A stretch of 33,119 nt of DNA, taken from the sequence record DRR723986_1789; one strand, written 5' to 3'. Every line of letters begins with the position of its first letter. The first letter of the stretch is position 1. This document shows, one piece after another, positions 1 through 8,699 of this stretch. The translations under genes were made by a program, and so were the position numbers. The notes under the pieces are model-generated. The model was not told where the DNA came from. It searched no databases and worked only from the letters and a program-made list of their open reading frames with translations.

Positions 1-135
1 GTTGAATTCGTGGATCCCGTCATCGTGGCAGGCCAAGTCAAAGTGTGGTCGAAAATCCCCAACCAACGCGTAGGCGACGGACCGTGGATTCTTCAAGATG
101 GCATGTTGGCAACCGTGGAAATCATCGTCCCGTAG
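1..135 (+). CDS. 3' end of a HlyD/RND-type membrane fusion (periplasmic adaptor) protein, partial
   Basis: Frame 1 is open from base 1 to TAG at 133-135: VEFVDPVIVAGQVKVWSKIPNQRVGDGPWILQDGMLATVEIIVP*. The FVDP...V.VW..IPN...L..GM.A.V.I pattern matches the C-terminal beta-barrel of MFP adaptors, and the next gene is another HlyD-containing gene. Confidence 0.7.
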   Translation, partial: VEFVDPVIVAGQVKVWSKIPNQRVGDGPWILQDGMLATVEIIVP

Positions 136-219
136 CAACAGAGTGTTGACTGAGTCGTCGTTTTGAAACGTAGGGTGGGCACAAGTCCCCCCAAGTGACC
201 TTTGCGAGAATCCTAGCCT

Positions 220-2457
220 ATGACCTCGATGGCGGACAGTCTGGTTAACAGCGCGATGCGGCCTTTGCAGTTGCGCCGCCGACCAGACTTAGAAAGCAAA
301 CGGCACCGCTACCATGGACGCGCGTACTGGGTCGTCAAAGAACCCGTTGGACTGAATTACTATCGGTTCCATGAGGAAGAATTCGCAATCCTGAATATGC
401 TAGACGGCAACATCAGCCTGCAGCAGATCAAGGAACGCTTCCAAGCCGAGTTTGCGCCTCAACGAATCACACTTCAGGATCTGCAACAGTTCGTCGGAAT
501 GTTGCACCGTAGCGGCTTGGTCATTTCACAGGCCAACGGACAAGGACGGCAACTAAGGCGGCGTGGCGATCAGAAGAAGAAAAAGGAACTGCTAGGCAAG
601 CTCACCAATATCTTTGCCCTGCGGTTCCGAGGTATCGACCCAGAAAAAATCCTCAACGTTCTCAACCCGTTCACTTGGTGGCTCTTTACTGTACCGGCAC
701 TGATCGTCGTGGCCATGTTTGGTCTCAGCGCGATCATGTTGGTACTGATCAATTTCCAAGAGTTCCAAACCAAACTGCCGACGTTCGAGCAGTTTTTCGC
801 GGCGCACAACTGGCTGTACCTAGGTGCAACCATGGGGATCGTGAAGATTTTGCACGAGTTTGGGCACGGCCTGAGCTGTAAACGCTACGGAGGTGAATGC
901 CATGAAATGGGCTTCATGTTCCTCGTCTTTACACCCTGCCTGTACTGCAACGTTTCCGATTCCTGGATGCTGCCGAACAAGTGGCACCGCGTCTTCATCG
1001 GCGCGGCTGGAATGTACGTTGAGCTGATTCTTGCAACGATCGCCACCTATTTATGGTGGTTTAGCCAACCCGGCATGGTCAATTTTTTATGCCTGTCGGT
1101 GATGTTCATCTGTTCTGTCAGCACGGTTGTCTTTAACGGCAACCCGCTGCTGAGGTTCGACGGCTACTACATCCTGATGGACATCCTCGAGATCCCCAAC
1201 CTTCGCCAGAAGGCATCGGAGATCCTCAAGCGAAGCTTCCAAAAGTACTGCCTCGGTTTGGAGCTTCAGGAGAACCCGTTTCTTCCACAGCGGAAGCAGT
1301 TTTGGTTCGCCCTCTACACAGTGGCGTCGATCGTCTACCGATGGGTCGTTGTGTTCTCAATCATGATGTTCCTGATGAAAGTCCTCGAGCCGTATGGGCT
1401 AGAGGCGCTCGGGCGTGTCGTCGCGGTTGCTGGCCTGGCCGGCATGATTATCCAGCCGATTTGGCAATCCATCAAATTCTTAAGGACACCAGGTAGGGCG
1501 AGCAAGATGAAGAGAAAGAACATCCTCACCAGCTTGACGATTGCGACCGCGAGCATCGCGGGAATCTGCTTCATCCCACTGCCGTTCCACGTCGATTGCG
1601 CAGTCGTTATCGAACCACAAGAAGCACGGCAAGTCTTCGCGATGGTTCCAGGACGATTGGTTGAGTGGAACAAAAAGCCCGGCGATAGTGTCGAAGAAGG
1701 GGAAACAATCGCCCTGCTCGAAAACAGTGACCTGCAGTACCAGCTCGTTTCCTATATGGGCGAATACGAGGTGTCGAAGCAGAAGCTGAATGCCTACCGC
1801 GATATGAGCTACAACGATGACCAGACTGCAGCACAATTGAAGATGCAGGAAGAAGTTGTCGCCACGAATTTATCCAGGGTGCTAGAGTTCCAGAAGAAGG
1901 TCGACATGCTGCAGGTGAAGAGCAAGGCGGCGGGCTTTGTCCTTCCCGCGCCAGCGAAGCCCGAGCCTCAGGGCGCTGCCGAAGAGCAACTACCAACTTG
2001 GCACGGCAACCCGTTTAGCGAGAAGAACCAGGACGCTTTCTTCAGTGATGCCGATCTGCTGTGTTATGTGGGTGATCCCGGTCGCATGGAAGCTGTGCTA
2101 GTTGTCGACCAACACGATATCGATTTAGTTGAGGAAGGCGTATCAGCCGATATCAAGATTGAATCTGCTCGCTTGGACACTTTCAGTGGCAAGATAGAGA
2201 AGATATCGGAGATGGAGATGCAGGTGACCCCAGAGAGTCTTGCACTTCAAGCCGGTGGTCGGCTGAACACAGAGATGGACTCTAGTGGTAGATTGAAGCC
2301 AATCAGTACATCGTATCAGGCACGTGTACCACTAACTGGCGTCGATGTGCCATTGCGTGGCGGTTATCGCGGTCAAGCGAAGATCTACGTCGGCTGGAAG
2401 TCGATCGGCTGGAGAATTCACCGGTTCCTCACTCGGACGTTCAAATTTGAGTTATAG
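220..2457 (+). CDS. PqqD/RRE-like domain + site-2 protease (peptidase M50) + HlyD membrane-fusion domain fusion protein
   Basis: N-terminal PqqD-like pattern (AILNMLDGNISLQQI...DLQQFVGMLHRSGLV). Multi-TM middle region with HEFGH (853-867) and FNGNPLLRFDGYY (NPLLRFDG at 1141-1164), the M50 zinc motifs. C-terminal lipoyl-like half (VPGRLVEWNKKPGDSVEEGETIALLEN), coiled coil and beta-barrel of HlyD type. Confidence 0.85.
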   Translation: MTSMADSLVNSAMRPLQLRRRPDLESKRHRYHGRAYWVVKEPVGLNYYRFHEEEFAILNMLDGNISLQQIKERFQAEFAPQRITLQDLQQFVGMLHRSGLVISQANGQGRQLRRRGDQKKKKELLGKLTNIFALRFRGIDPEKILNVLNPFTWWLFTVPALIVVAMFGLSAIMLVLINFQEFQTKLPTFEQFFAAHNWLYLGATMGIVKILHEFGHGLSCKRYGGECHEMGFMFLVFTPCLYCNVSDSWMLPNKWHRVFIGAAGMYVELILATIATYLWWFSQPGMVNFLCLSVMFICSVSTVVFNGNPLLRFDGYYILMDILEIPNLRQKASEILKRSFQKYCLGLELQENPFLPQRKQFWFALYTVASIVYRWVVVFSIMMFLMKVLEPYGLEALGRVVAVAGLAGMIIQPIWQSIKFLRTPGRASKMKRKNILTSLTIATASIAGICFIPLPFHVDCAVVIEPQEARQVFAMVPGRLVEWNKKPGDSVEEGETIALLENSDLQYQLVSYMGEYEVSKQKLNAYRDMSYNDDQTAAQLKMQEEVVATNLSRVLEFQKKVDMLQVKSKAAGFVLPAPAKPEPQGAAEEQLPTWHGNPFSEKNQDAFFSDADLLCYVGDPGRMEAVLVVDQHDIDLVEEGVSADIKIESARLDTFSGKIEKISEMEMQVTPESLALQAGGRLNTEMDSSGRLKPISTSYQARVPLTGVDVPLRGGYRGQAKIYVGWKSIGWRIHRFLTRTFKFEL

Positions 2458-2568
2458 GCAAGTGCTCGCCAAGAGTCATAACTTGCGTAACAATACTTTT
2501 CGTAACACTCGGCGTCGTCAATGGTGGCGGTGCTACAAATTCTGACATGTCAGGAAAGGCAATCGTAA

Positions 2569-2964
2569 ATGTCACAAACGGAAGAAAACACCGCACCAGA
2601 AACTGAAGCTCCTGCTGCTGCCGCTGCAGCCCCAGAAGCTCAGCGACAAGCACCTCAGCAACAGCAAGTTCAGGTGCAGGTCAATGATGACGCTGCGAGC
2701 GCCAGCTACGCAAACTTCTGCCGCGTAACGGGTTCACCCGAAGAGCTGATCGTTGACTTCGGCCTCAACCCACAACCGGTTGGCGTGCCTAAGGATCCGA
2801 TCAATGTCAACCAACGCGTTGTCATGAACTTCTACACTGCCAAGCGTCTGTTGGCGGCCCTGCAAATGTCCGTACAACGTCACGAAGCAGTCTTTGGCGT
2901 TCTCGAAACCGACATCCAAAAGCGACTTCGCATCCAGCAGCAGAACCAACAACCTGGCTCTTAA
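2569..2964 (+). CDS. DUF3467-like small protein
   Basis: Core ASYANFCRVTGSPEELIVDFGLNPQ...RVVMNFYTAKRLLAALQMSVQRHEAVFG resembles DUF3467. Low-complexity A/P/E/Q N-terminus and Q-rich tail. RBS-like AGGAAAGG upstream. Confidence 0.75.
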   Translation: MSQTEENTAPETEAPAAAAAAPEAQRQAPQQQQVQVQVNDDAASASYANFCRVTGSPEELIVDFGLNPQPVGVPKDPINVNQRVVMNFYTAKRLLAALQMSVQRHEAVFGVLETDIQKRLRIQQQNQQPGS

Positions 2965-2996
2965 TCGCTTAACCGCGACGATAGATTCAACATCTG

Positions 2997-3030
2997 AAAA
3001 GGCGTGCTGCTTCGGCGGCACGCCTTTTTT
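2997..3030 (+). terminator. Rho-independent terminator
   Basis: AAAAGGCGTGCTGC-TTCG-GCGGCACGCCTTTTTT: GC-rich stem, UUCG loop and U tract, about 30 nt after the DUF3467-like stop. Confidence 0.9.
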
Positions 3031-3193
3031 CGTACCAGGCGTGTGATTCGAAATCACGGGGATATGTCGCGAAACCCAGTATGCTCGCCCATACTTGCGT
3101 CGCCTCCACACGTCACGGCAACAGCGTGTCGCCGCGTTTGAAATCTGTTATCCTGCGTGGTCACGACTTTTGACATGACTACGAGGATTCATA

Positions 3194-4192
3194 ATGCGTC
3201 GCACCTACACACTTTGCCTTTTCCTGGCGCTGTTGCTCGGCTCGGCACCGACAACACACTCTGCTGAACCAGTCCGCATGGGCTGCGGAGAAATGACGTT
3301 CGATACGGTCCCTGGTTGGGGCCTGCGACCGGACGGCGCATCGCCTCTTGGGCCGACCCACGGTGGCGTGGTCATCGATAAGGCAGGGAACGTCTACACG
3401 AGCGCCAAAGCGGGGATCTTCGTATTCTCCCCGGATGGGAAAGTCATTCATTCCTACTTGGGCGACGACTACACCAATATCCACGACATGGAAATCCGCC
3501 AGGAAGGCGACGAAGAGTTCATCTATGGAGCTCGCAATCAAGCTGGCGAGGGTATCAAGATGAACGTTCGCTCTGGCGAGGTCGTTCTGCGCTTAGGCGT
3601 GCCTGAAGAGTCTGGTTTGGGGAAGATCAAGTTTGCCCCCACGGCCATTACAGTGGCAACCAATGGCGATATTTTCTTAAGCAATGGCTACGCGACGAAC
3701 CACATCATCAAGTACGACAAGGACGGCAAGTACTTGATGCACTTCGGTGAAAAGGGGAATGCGCTCAAGCAATTCAACACCGCCCATGGAATGACGTTGG
3801 ACACTCGCCATGAGCCGCATCGGCTGTTGATCTGCGACCGCAATCACCAACCCAAGGGGCGATTGCTGCACTACACGCTTGATGGAGAGTTCATCGAAGA
3901 AGTTGTTACTGGGCTTGGTATGCCGACCAGTGTTTCTATTCAGGGCGACTACGTGTCTGTACCCGACCTGCACGGTCGCTTGGTGATACTTGACAAGAGC
4001 AACACCATCATGGCTGTCTTGGGACACAACCCGGACCCGAAGAAACGGGGTAGCTTCAACGTGCCACAGGCGGAATGGATTGAAGGCATTTTCAGCGGAA
4101 CACACGGTTCAGCCTGGGATGCCGACGGCAACCTTTACGTTCAAGACTGGAACGTAAGTGGCCGCCTTATGAAGCTTGTCCGCGTCAATTAG
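3194..4192 (+). CDS. Exported NHL-repeat 6-bladed beta-propeller (PAL/peptidylamidoglycolate-lyase-like)
   Basis: Signal peptide MRRTYTLCLFLALLLGSAPTTHSA. NHL blades (PTHGGVVIDKAGNVY, FAPTAITVATNGDIFLSNGY, FNTAHGMTLD, ICDRNH, GTHGSAWDADGNLYVQDW). GAGGA RBS. Confidence 0.8.
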   Translation: MRRTYTLCLFLALLLGSAPTTHSAEPVRMGCGEMTFDTVPGWGLRPDGASPLGPTHGGVVIDKAGNVYTSAKAGIFVFSPDGKVIHSYLGDDYTNIHDMEIRQEGDEEFIYGARNQAGEGIKMNVRSGEVVLRLGVPEESGLGKIKFAPTAITVATNGDIFLSNGYATNHIIKYDKDGKYLMHFGEKGNALKQFNTAHGMTLDTRHEPHRLLICDRNHQPKGRLLHYTLDGEFIEEVVTGLGMPTSVSIQGDYVSVPDLHGRLVILDKSNTIMAVLGHNPDPKKRGSFNVPQAEWIEGIFSGTHGSAWDADGNLYVQDWNVSGRLMKLVRVN

Positions 4193-4195
4193 CAT

Positions 4196-4261
4196 GCACC
4201 GATTCGATGAGCCAAGCGCAACAGTTCGATGAACCCATTGCACCGGTTTGACGAATCGACA
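4196..4261. repeat. Three imperfect 22-bp tandem direct repeats between convergent genes
   Basis: Units start at 4196 (gcaccgattcgatgagccaagc), 4218 (gcaacagttcgatgaacccatt) and 4240 (gcaccggtttgacgaatcgaca). Confidence 0.55.
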
Positions 4262-4269
4262 CGCCGTTC

Positions 4270-5475
4270 CTAGACGGAGGCCAGCTCTTCTTGCTCGATG
4301 ATGTCCTCTTCTGAGGCAAGTTCGAAGACCGAGATCGGCTCCTGAACACCTCGCGTTCCACGAGCAAAGCTGCGGATGCGTTCGAGCAGGAAGGTGGACA
4401 GCTCCCGGCCCTTTGTAATCAGTAGCTGACCATCGGCGTCAACCACATCACCTGCCAGCGTCATGCCTTCCTTCAGGTCGCAAACCATGCGTTGCTTCAC
4501 AACGGAACGTTCCTTGGATTCACGCACCGATTGCAGGGTGGCCAACACGAGTGGATCGTAGTCATCTGAGTTCAGCTTCATATGCTGAATTGCTTCGACG
4601 CCCGTCTTGCCAGCCCCAGTCAAGGTTGCGTAGTCCAGCGCGACGCGTAGGATCGCAGCTCCAGCAAACCACTCCTCATCGCGAAACTCACGTGCACTGG
4701 CGTAGTTGAGCCGCTGCCGCGCGATGATGTTTGCAACGCCTTGAAGTCGTGGGATTCGGGATACCAAGTTGTTGCCGATTTCTGGGTGCCCCTCGGCGAG
4801 CTCTTGTTCTGAAGGGGTGAGTTTTTCGCCACCGGCAATCTTGTCGGCAAGCTCTTTTCCGAGCGCGATGCAACCAATCTGGCTAAGCATCGCGGCGAGT
4901 CGGATTTCCCAGCCATTCTTGTTCTTCATCGCGGTGCAGATGTCGCGAACGACGCCTGCAGCAGCGGAGGCTGTTCCGAAGGTCACCGGGCTGACAATAG
5001 ACACAACGTCGATCAGCAAGTTGACCGAACCATCGAGAGTCTTGTTTAAAAGGTCCCGTTCACTGGTTCGCAACTTGTAGAACGCTACAGCATCCCTGAG
5101 CAATGGCGTCAATTTGTGAGCATTGCAGGGCTTCGTCGCGAACCGGTAAACGGCACCGGTGTTGATGGCTTCGATCGCAACTTCGAAGTGACGATTGCCC
5201 GTCAACATCAGTCGCACTGCATCTGGAGCTTGTTTGTTGACTAGAGACAGAAATGTTGGCCCATCCATTTCTGGCATCTCGTAGTCAGACACGACCGCCG
5301 CGAAGGGGCCGTGCGTGGTGAGCTTTCTCAGCCCCTCACGTCCGCTCACTGCGGTAGTCACATCGTACTCATCACGCAGTTGCAACGCGAGTAGCTTGCA
5401 AATTGCAGGCTCGTCGTCGACCAGTAGTACTTTGGGCTTGTCTTCCGAGACAGTTAGCGCTTCCAACGTGCTCAC
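4270..5475 (-). CDS. Response regulator with receiver domain and degenerate HD-GYP-type domain
   Basis: REC motifs LLVDDE, SDYEMPEMDG, LTG and KP. HD-like region has AAMLSQIGCI in place of LHDIGK. C-terminal DLKEGMTLAGDVVDADGQLLITKG module. GTG start with GGGAG RBS. Confidence 0.85.
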   Translation of the reverse strand: MSTLEALTVSEDKPKVLLVDDEPAICKLLALQLRDEYDVTTAVSGREGLRKLTTHGPFAAVVSDYEMPEMDGPTFLSLVNKQAPDAVRLMLTGNRHFEVAIEAINTGAVYRFATKPCNAHKLTPLLRDAVAFYKLRTSERDLLNKTLDGSVNLLIDVVSIVSPVTFGTASAAAGVVRDICTAMKNKNGWEIRLAAMLSQIGCIALGKELADKIAGGEKLTPSEQELAEGHPEIGNNLVSRIPRLQGVANIIARQRLNYASAREFRDEEWFAGAAILRVALDYATLTGAGKTGVEAIQHMKLNSDDYDPLVLATLQSVRESKERSVVKQRMVCDLKEGMTLAGDVVDADGQLLITKGRELSTFLLERIRSFARGTRGVQEPISVFELASEEDIIEQEELASV

Positions 5476-5573
5476 TTAATTGCTCCCGTAGTCTTGCGTT
5501 CTTCAAATGTTGTTCGAAATGTATCAGTGACTCTACAGAGCGCTCTCGCTCACTTATCCCAAGGTTGCGCTAG

Positions 5574-8500
5574 TTAAACAACCAGTTTTGAGGTCATCTT
5601 CCCGAGCGTATCAACGTAGGCCGAAAGCTTTTCGGGTGCAGCACCCTGCTTAGCAAGGCTTTCCAGTTGTGCAGCCGGTTGAGTGAAACAGTCAAAGCCA
5701 ACCGTTCCACCGGCTCCTTTGAGCCAGTGAGCCAGTTGCCGCAATGCCTCACCGTCTTCGTCCTCTATAGCTTGTTGCATTTTTTCAATGCGTTCGGGCA
5801 GTCCAGCCACGAAATCAACGACCACTTCGCGGATTTCCGCATCATCGGTGGGCAGTTCACAACGGTATTCATCGTCGACCTCGACATGCACGGTGTTGTC
5901 TCCAGCCAGAATGTCAGCGGCCGATGCGGGTTGAGCATTGAGGTTCTGAGACTCGTCGTGCTTGCTCTGCGAAGCGTCTGCATCCACAACTGAGTTGTCT
6001 TGAACAGCAGCTTCCGCCGTGCTTGCACCCGGACTATCCTCTGGTGCAGGTGCTTCCAATGCGAGCAGCTTAAGCAGTTCGGTGCGCGAGAGAGGTTTAC
6101 TCAGGTAGCCGGAGCAGCCCGCGGAAATGCACTTCTCTTTGTCGCTCGCCATAGCATGGGCGGTCAACGCGATGATTGGTTTTTCAAAACCGTCGTCACG
6201 CATCTGGGAGGCGGCAGTGTAGCCGTCCATGACGGGCATTTGCATGTCCAGCAGCACAACGTCGTAATTTTCCTCTCGAGCCATCTGGCAGGCAATCAGG
6301 CCGTTCTCAGCTTCATGTACGGCTGCATTGGCTCGCTCGAGAATGATTCGCACAAGACGCCGGTTCGTATCGCCATCGTCAACCAAAAGCACTTTGCAAT
6401 GCGATAGATCCCAATTATCGGTCTCCGGTTTCGAAGCATCACGTTGCACTTCTGATGCCGGTCGTTCTTGCAGTGTGAGCTCGGAATAGTTGCCCGCGGC
6501 AATCTGCAATTTGAAAGTGCTTCCCTTGCCAGGCGCACTGTCGAGCGTTAGATCGCCTCCCAGGAGTCCGGCGATCCGCTTGCTGATCGTTAAGCCCAGA
6601 CCCGTTCCGCCAAATCGGCGTGTCACGGTTTCGTCTTCCTGCGAGAACGGTTGGAAGATCTTGTCCTGACTCTCCTCGGCAATTCCGATGCCGGTGTCTA
6701 CCACGTCAAAGTGCAGTACTGCGGCCCCTTCGCTATCTTCAACGTAGGCGTTAACCGTCACGGATCCTTTCTCGGTGAACTTGATCGCGTTGCCGATTAA
6801 GTTGAGCAGCACTTGCCGCAAACGACTCTGATCACCGACGATTGTCTTGGGCACTAGGGTCAACCACTTGTAGTTGAGCTCTAGTGATTTCTCGATCGCG
6901 TTCACCCGCGCCAGCGAAACCACTTCCGCAAGCACATGGTGTGGTGAAAACGTCGCTTGCTCCAACGTCATCTTCGACGATTCGATTTTCGAAAGGTCGA
7001 GAATGTCGTTCACCAGTGCGAGCAGGTGTTTTCCACTGTTACGAATCGTCAGCAGGTGGCTCTGTGCTTCGTTCTTGTCCAGATCTGGGCAAGAAACGAG
7101 CAGCTCAGAGAAGCCGATGATGCCGTTCAATGGTGTTCGGATCTCGTGACTCATGTTTGCCAGGAACTGACTCTTGGATCGGTTCGCACGCTCGGCGGCG
7201 CCCTTGGCACGCAACATTGCTCGACTAGCAGCTTCCGCTGAACCTTTGGCACGCAGAAGGGTTTGCGTGTACTTCAGGCGTTCAGTGATGTCGGTGTACG
7301 TGATAATCGTGTTTGACAGTTCACCATTTTCGTCGTGCGTTGGGTGCACTTCGATGTCCGCCCAGAAGGAATCCCCCGGCTTGGTGTAGAAGAGGATTTC
7401 TTCGTTAGTGGCCTCTCCGCGATTAATCTTTGCGTCCACTCGCGCCAGAAGGGTATCGTCAGTCCCAGGGCCTTTTAGTAGCTCATTCGGGTTGCGATCC
7501 AAGATCTCGCTGTAGCCATAGCCGGTAAGACGCATAAACGCATCGTTGCACCACTCCGTCTTCCCTTCGACATTGAGAATAATGACTGGATTGCGAGTCT
7601 TGCTTGCCACGAGTGACAACTTCTGAACCTGCTTGTGGATTGATTCTAGGTTCTGCCTATCGCGACGTGCCTGCGTTATATCACGGACAACGATCATCTG
7701 GTAATTTTGGCTGTGACCTTCTTCGCATCGAACAAGGGATACACAAACACTTCCCCAGATTTCGTGACCTTGACTATGCAGGAAGCATTCTTCAACCGAA
7801 TACCGATTGAGTTTCTCTGTTGTAAGGCGGGCTGACAGCTCTTCTGAACCGGACTGGTGGTCGGGATGCAGCAGATCGTCGAGTCGTCGGCCAGCAAGTT
7901 CAATCTGACTGTAGCCGAGGATTTCGCAAAAACGCGAGTTGACGCGGATGATATTGCCTTGCAAGGATGCGTAACACATCCCCACACCGGCTTGTTCGAA
8001 GCTAGCACGCGCGCCTTCTTCGGCTGCCACTGCTGTTTGATAAACCATATCGAGCCGAGCTTTGCTCTCGGCAGCCTGCTGCATGTCGATTTGACTGCGA
8101 CGCACCAGAAACATCAGGGTCAGGGTTACGCTAACCAACCAACCAGTGAACTCAGCGATAACGTAGGCATCGGGCCGGATTGCGCCAAAGCTTGCATCGG
8201 CAAAAATGAGTCCGCGACCTACGTGATCGGCGTACAGCAGTAGCGAGGCAAACGCTAGTAGACGAACATCGCGATAAGCGGCCAGAATCGAGATGGCACC
8301 GAAGGCGATGTACTGCGACTCAGGGCGATTGCCTGTCGCACCGGCAAGGAGTGTAGCGAACGCGACCTGCCCAGTAGCGACCGCGAGTCGACTCCAAGTA
8401 GAACCTGGGCTTAGCAGGTAGATTGCCAAGGGCACTGCTGCGGCCAGAAAGCCACCCAGCGATACAACCAACACATCAGTACTACTAATGGAAAAACCAC

Positions 8501-8699
8501 TTCCACTGATAATCCACTCCGGCCAACGCCCTAGGGCGACCAACCCTACTCCGACACACCACTGCGCCCATAGGATTGCTATGAACAGCCTGTCCGTCCC
8601 TAGGTTCAGTTGTTTTCGACTCTCACGCATATGGCGAGCAGCATCTTCGACGATGCTCGTGGTGTCTTCCATCAGTGCGTTTACTTCACGCCAAACCAT
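5574..8699 (-). CDS. Hybrid sensor histidine kinase (membrane sensor-PAS-PAS-HisKA-HATPase-REC-Hpt)
   Basis: Several N-terminal TM helices and two PAS/PAC domains. H-box FLANMSHEIRTPLNG, N-box LLNLIGNAIKFT, G boxes DTGIGI and GGTGLGL, REC LLDMQMPVMDG, Hpt AHWLKGAGG. AAGGTGA RBS just upstream of the ATG. Confidence 0.95.
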   Translation of the reverse strand: MVWREVNALMEDTTSIVEDAARHMRESRKQLNLGTDRLFIAILWAQWCVGVGLVALGRWPEWIISGSGFSISSTDVLVVSLGGFLAAAVPLAIYLLSPGSTWSRLAVATGQVAFATLLAGATGNRPESQYIAFGAISILAAYRDVRLLAFASLLLYADHVGRGLIFADASFGAIRPDAYVIAEFTGWLVSVTLTLMFLVRRSQIDMQQAAESKARLDMVYQTAVAAEEGARASFEQAGVGMCYASLQGNIIRVNSRFCEILGYSQIELAGRRLDDLLHPDHQSGSEELSARLTTEKLNRYSVEECFLHSQGHEIWGSVCVSLVRCEEGHSQNYQMIVVRDITQARRDRQNLESIHKQVQKLSLVASKTRNPVIILNVEGKTEWCNDAFMRLTGYGYSEILDRNPNELLKGPGTDDTLLARVDAKINRGEATNEEILFYTKPGDSFWADIEVHPTHDENGELSNTIITYTDITERLKYTQTLLRAKGSAEAASRAMLRAKGAAERANRSKSQFLANMSHEIRTPLNGIIGFSELLVSCPDLDKNEAQSHLLTIRNSGKHLLALVNDILDLSKIESSKMTLEQATFSPHHVLAEVVSLARVNAIEKSLELNYKWLTLVPKTIVGDQSRLRQVLLNLIGNAIKFTEKGSVTVNAYVEDSEGAAVLHFDVVDTGIGIAEESQDKIFQPFSQEDETVTRRFGGTGLGLTISKRIAGLLGGDLTLDSAPGKGSTFKLQIAAGNYSELTLQERPASEVQRDASKPETDNWDLSHCKVLLVDDGDTNRRLVRIILERANAAVHEAENGLIACQMAREENYDVVLLDMQMPVMDGYTAASQMRDDGFEKPIIALTAHAMASDKEKCISAGCSGYLSKPLSRTELLKLLALEAPAPEDSPGASTAEAAVQDNSVVDADASQSKHDESQNLNAQPASAADILAGDNTVHVEVDDEYRCELPTDDAEIREVVVDFVAGLPERIEKMQQAIEDEDGEALRQLAHWLKGAGGTVGFDCFTQPAAQLESLAKQGAAPEKLSAYVDTLGKMTSKLVV

